This document shows positions 61,422 to 64,000 of a stretch of DNA of 64,000 nucleotides, piece by piece. How positions within the stretch are numbered: position 1 is the stretch's first letter; each line of letters opens with the position of its first letter. Source of the DNA: Brevibacterium luteolum (GTDB lineage Bacteria > Actinomycetota > Actinomycetes > Actinomycetales > Brevibacteriaceae); contig NZ_JABEMC010000002.1 of assembly GCF_013004595.1 (NCBI RefSeq), positions 62,001-126,000 of the forward strand. Direction: 5' to 3'. The notes under the pieces were generated by a model, which did no database searches, had not been told where the DNA came from, and saw only the letters and a program-made list of their open reading frames with translations. Position numbers and translations under genes: made by a program.

Positions 61422-63345
61422 TGGTCAGCAACTCCTGTGTGTACGTGTGCTGCGGGTTCTCCAGCACCATATCGACCGGGCCGTCATCGACGATCCGGCC
61501 GCCGTTGAGCACCGCCACGCGGGAGGCGATGTGGCGGGCAAGGGCGATGTTGTGGGTGACGAAGAGCATCGCCAGACCGCGTTCGTCCTGCAGGGTGCGC
61601 AGCAGCGAGATGATGCTGGCCTGCACGGACACATCGAGGGCAGAGGTGATCTCATCGCAGATGAGGACGCTGGGCATGTTCACCAGGGCGCGGGCGATCG
61701 CCGCACGCTGCCGCTCACCACCCGACAGGTCACCCGGGCGCCGGTCGTGGAACTGGCGGCCGAGCCGCACCGCATCGAGGGCGTCCTTGACCTGCTCGCG
61801 GCGTTGGGCGGCACTGAGCCCACCGGCCATCTCCAGGGGCACGGCCAGCGATTCGCCGATCGTGCGCCGGGGATTGAGTGAGGAGAACGGCGACTGGAAG
61901 ATGTACTGGATGTCGGTGCGCTGGCCGATGCTGCGCTGCCGCGTCGAACGCGCGATCGTCTCGCCACGGTAGATGACATCGCCGGTGTAGCCGTCGTTGA
62001 GGCCTGCGATCGAGCGCGCCAACGTCGTCTTGCCGGAACCGGATTCACCCAGCAGGAGGGTGCACTCCCCGGCCTGCAGGTCGAGGTCGATCGATTTGAG
62101 GATCGTCTTCGGCCCGTAGCTCAGGCCCAATCCGCGCACCTGCAGCACCGCATCGAGCGCCGGCGCCGTCGGCTGCGGCTCGCCCACCTGGTTTGCCGTC
62201 GTCGCCCCGCCCGTACCCGAGGTGCCTGTCGCTGGGCTCGCGGTACCGGCGGTGCCGGACTCTGGGCTCGCGGTGCCGGTTTCCGAGCCCGAGGCGGTGG
62301 CCGCCTCGGCGGCGGGGCTTGCGTGGGTGGCATCGGTGGTGAGCAGGTGGGTCTTCTGGCTCTTCTCAGCGTCCTTGGCTCTGGCTTCGGCGGCGGCCTT
62401 CTCGTGCTCTGGCACGTCAGCGCGTTCGAAGTCGCCGATCCGGTTGCGTCCGGCCAGATCCGGCACGGCAGCCAGCAGCGTCTTCGTGTAGTCGTGCTGG
62501 GGGCGTTCGAGCACATCGGCGCATGAGCCGTGTTCGACGATGCGCCCGCGCAGCATCACCGCGATTCGGTCGGCGATCTCTGCCACGACGGCGAGGTCGT
62601 GGGTGATGTAGAGGCCGGCCACCTTGTTGCGCACGGTCATCTCGCGGATGGTGTCCAGCACCTGCGCCTGGGTGGCGACGTCGAGGCCGGTGGTCGGTTC
62701 GTCGAGGACGAGCACATCGGGATACATCGCAAAGGCCATCGCAATCCCGATGCGCTGCTGCTGCCCGCCTGAGAGCTGGTGCGGCCAGCGCCGCTGGTAG
62801 GCCTCGTCATCGGGCAGGCCGACTTCGCGCAGCACCTGACGGACCCGCTCGGCGCGTTCCTCGGCGGAGGAGCCGAAGCCGTGGATGTCGAGGACCTCGC
62901 TGATCTGCTCGCCGACGCGCATGCCGGGGTTGAGTGAGAGCGCAGGATCCTGCGGAATGTAGGACACCCGCGCTCCGCGCAGCTGCCGCAGCGTGGCATC
63001 GGGCAGGGCGGTCATCTCCGCCGGTTCGTCGGCATCGGAGGGGTAGAGCCACACGGTGCCGCCGGCATGGGTGAGCCCGGTGCGGAAGTGGCCGAGCACC
63101 GCGAGCCCGACGGTCGTCTTGCCCGAGCCGGATTCGCCGACAAGCGCGAGGATCTCCGAGGGTTTGAGGTCGAGGTCGACGTCGGTGATGACGTCGGCTC
63201 CCGAGGCGGTGGCGGTGATGTGCAGATCGTCGATCTCGAGGACGTTGCCGCCCTCCTGTGCCCGCGCGTGCCAGGCTGAGGAGCGGCGCGCAGACGGGCT
63301 GACCGTGGCGATGCTGCCGGTGGAAGTCGTGTCGAAGCTGCTCAT
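61405..63345 (-). CDS. Peptide/nickel ABC transporter ATP-binding protein (two NBDs)
   Basis: Two GESGSGKT motifs, LSGGQ and LSGGE, DEPT and DEIT. Confidence 0.93.
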   Translation of the reverse strand: MSSFDTTSTGSIATVSPSARRSSAWHARAQEGGNVLEIDDLHITATASGADVITDVDLDLKPSEILALVGESGSGKTTVGLAVLGHFRTGLTHAGGTVWLYPSDADEPAEMTALPDATLRQLRGARVSYIPQDPALSLNPGMRVGEQISEVLDIHGFGSSAEERAERVRQVLREVGLPDDEAYQRRWPHQLSGGQQQRIGIAMAFAMYPDVLVLDEPTTGLDVATQAQVLDTIREMTVRNKVAGLYITHDLAVVAEIADRIAVMLRGRIVEHGSCADVLERPQHDYTKTLLAAVPDLAGRNRIGDFERADVPEHEKAAAEARAKDAEKSQKTHLLTTDATHASPAAEAATASGSETGTASPESGTAGTASPATGTSGTGGATTANQVGEPQPTAPALDAVLQVRGLGLSYGPKTILKSIDLDLQAGECTLLLGESGSGKTTLARSIAGLNDGYTGDVIYRGETIARSTRQRSIGQRTDIQYIFQSPFSSLNPRRTIGESLAVPLEMAGGLSAAQRREQVKDALDAVRLGRQFHDRRPGDLSGGERQRAAIARALVNMPSVLICDEITSALDVSVQASIISLLRTLQDERGLAMLFVTHNIALARHIASRVAVLNGGRIVDDGPVDMVLENPQHTYTQELLTNVPSL

Positions 63346-64000
63346 TGCTCACCTACATTCGATGTGGCCGAGGCCCGTGCGATCGAGTCGGCGATGAGGT
63401 TCGTGCCGATGGTCAGCAGTGCGATCGCTGCCACCGGCAGAAGCACACCCCAGGGCTGGATGGACAGTGCGATGCGGTTCTCGTTGATCATCAGGCCCCA
63501 GTCGGCGGTCGGCGGCTGCATGCCCAAACCCAGGAAGGACAGCGAAGCGATCGCACCGATCGAATATGTCAGGCGCAGGCCGGCCTCAACGGCCATCGGG
63601 CCGGTGATGTTGGGCATGATCTCGCGGGTCAGCAGCCGCAGACGCGGCATCGCGTACATTTCGGCCGCCCGGATGTAGTCCTCGTTGATGACTCCGAGAG
63701 TGGCCGAGCGGGCCACGCGTGCGATGCGCGGGGCGTGGGTGATGCCGATGACGGTGATGAGCACCCAGCCCCGAGGCCCGAGCACGGTGATCGCCAGCAG
63801 CGCGAAGACGAGCTGCGGAATCGCCAGCAGTACATCGTTGCTGCGCATGATGAGCGAGTCGAGCCAGCCGCCGGTGTAGGCCGCGGTCATCCCGAAGAGC
63901 ACGCCGAGCACCAGGCCGATGAGGGTGGCGAGCAGCGCGTAGAGGAGGAGCGTCAGGCCGCCGCCGATGAACCGGGTGAAGACATCGCGTCCGAGGTTGT
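63342..64000 (-). CDS. Peptide ABC permease (DppC-like), 5'-partial
   Basis: NLGRDVFTR at the window edge, SLSFLGLGMQPPTADWG. Confidence 0.9.
   Translation of the reverse strand, partial: NLGRDVFTRFIGGGLTLLLYALLATLIGLVLGVLFGMTAAYTGGWLDSLIMRSNDVLLAIPQLVFALLAITVLGPRGWVLITVIGITHAPRIARVARSATLGVINEDYIRAAEMYAMPRLRLLTREIMPNITGPMAVEAGLRLTYSIGAIASLSFLGLGMQPPTADWGLMINENRIALSIQPWGVLLPVAAIALLTIGTNLIADSIARASATSNVGEQ

Overview
High-GC actinobacterial chromosome segment; gene content and order suggest Micrococcales, Brevibacterium-like (inference). The core genes are gltB-gltD plus a coupled flavoprotein, two peptide-type ABC operons, an AGCS symporter, fba, a PimC/PimD-like acyl-CoA dehydrogenase pair, a TrmH-family methylase, pyrE, glcB, xth, clpB with a HAIR operator, and pheA. 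Accessory elements are a DUF222-HNH gene, an IS3 element abutting a 5'-truncated wecC in a remnant polysaccharide locus (LCP, GH79-like), an Xre/MbcA-RES toxin-antitoxin pair between two convergent LppM-like paralogues, two excisionase-HTH/PIN pairs, an arcA split by one amber codon, and a small island with a possible orphan IS110 left end. The most striking unannotated signal is a candidate minus-strand sRNA of about 120 nt upstream of pyrE. It has three G-rich-loop hairpins and a terminator, and G-U wobbles in all four stems fix the strand. No tRNA, rRNA or CRISPR array was seen. All family assignments are by motif recognition, not database search.
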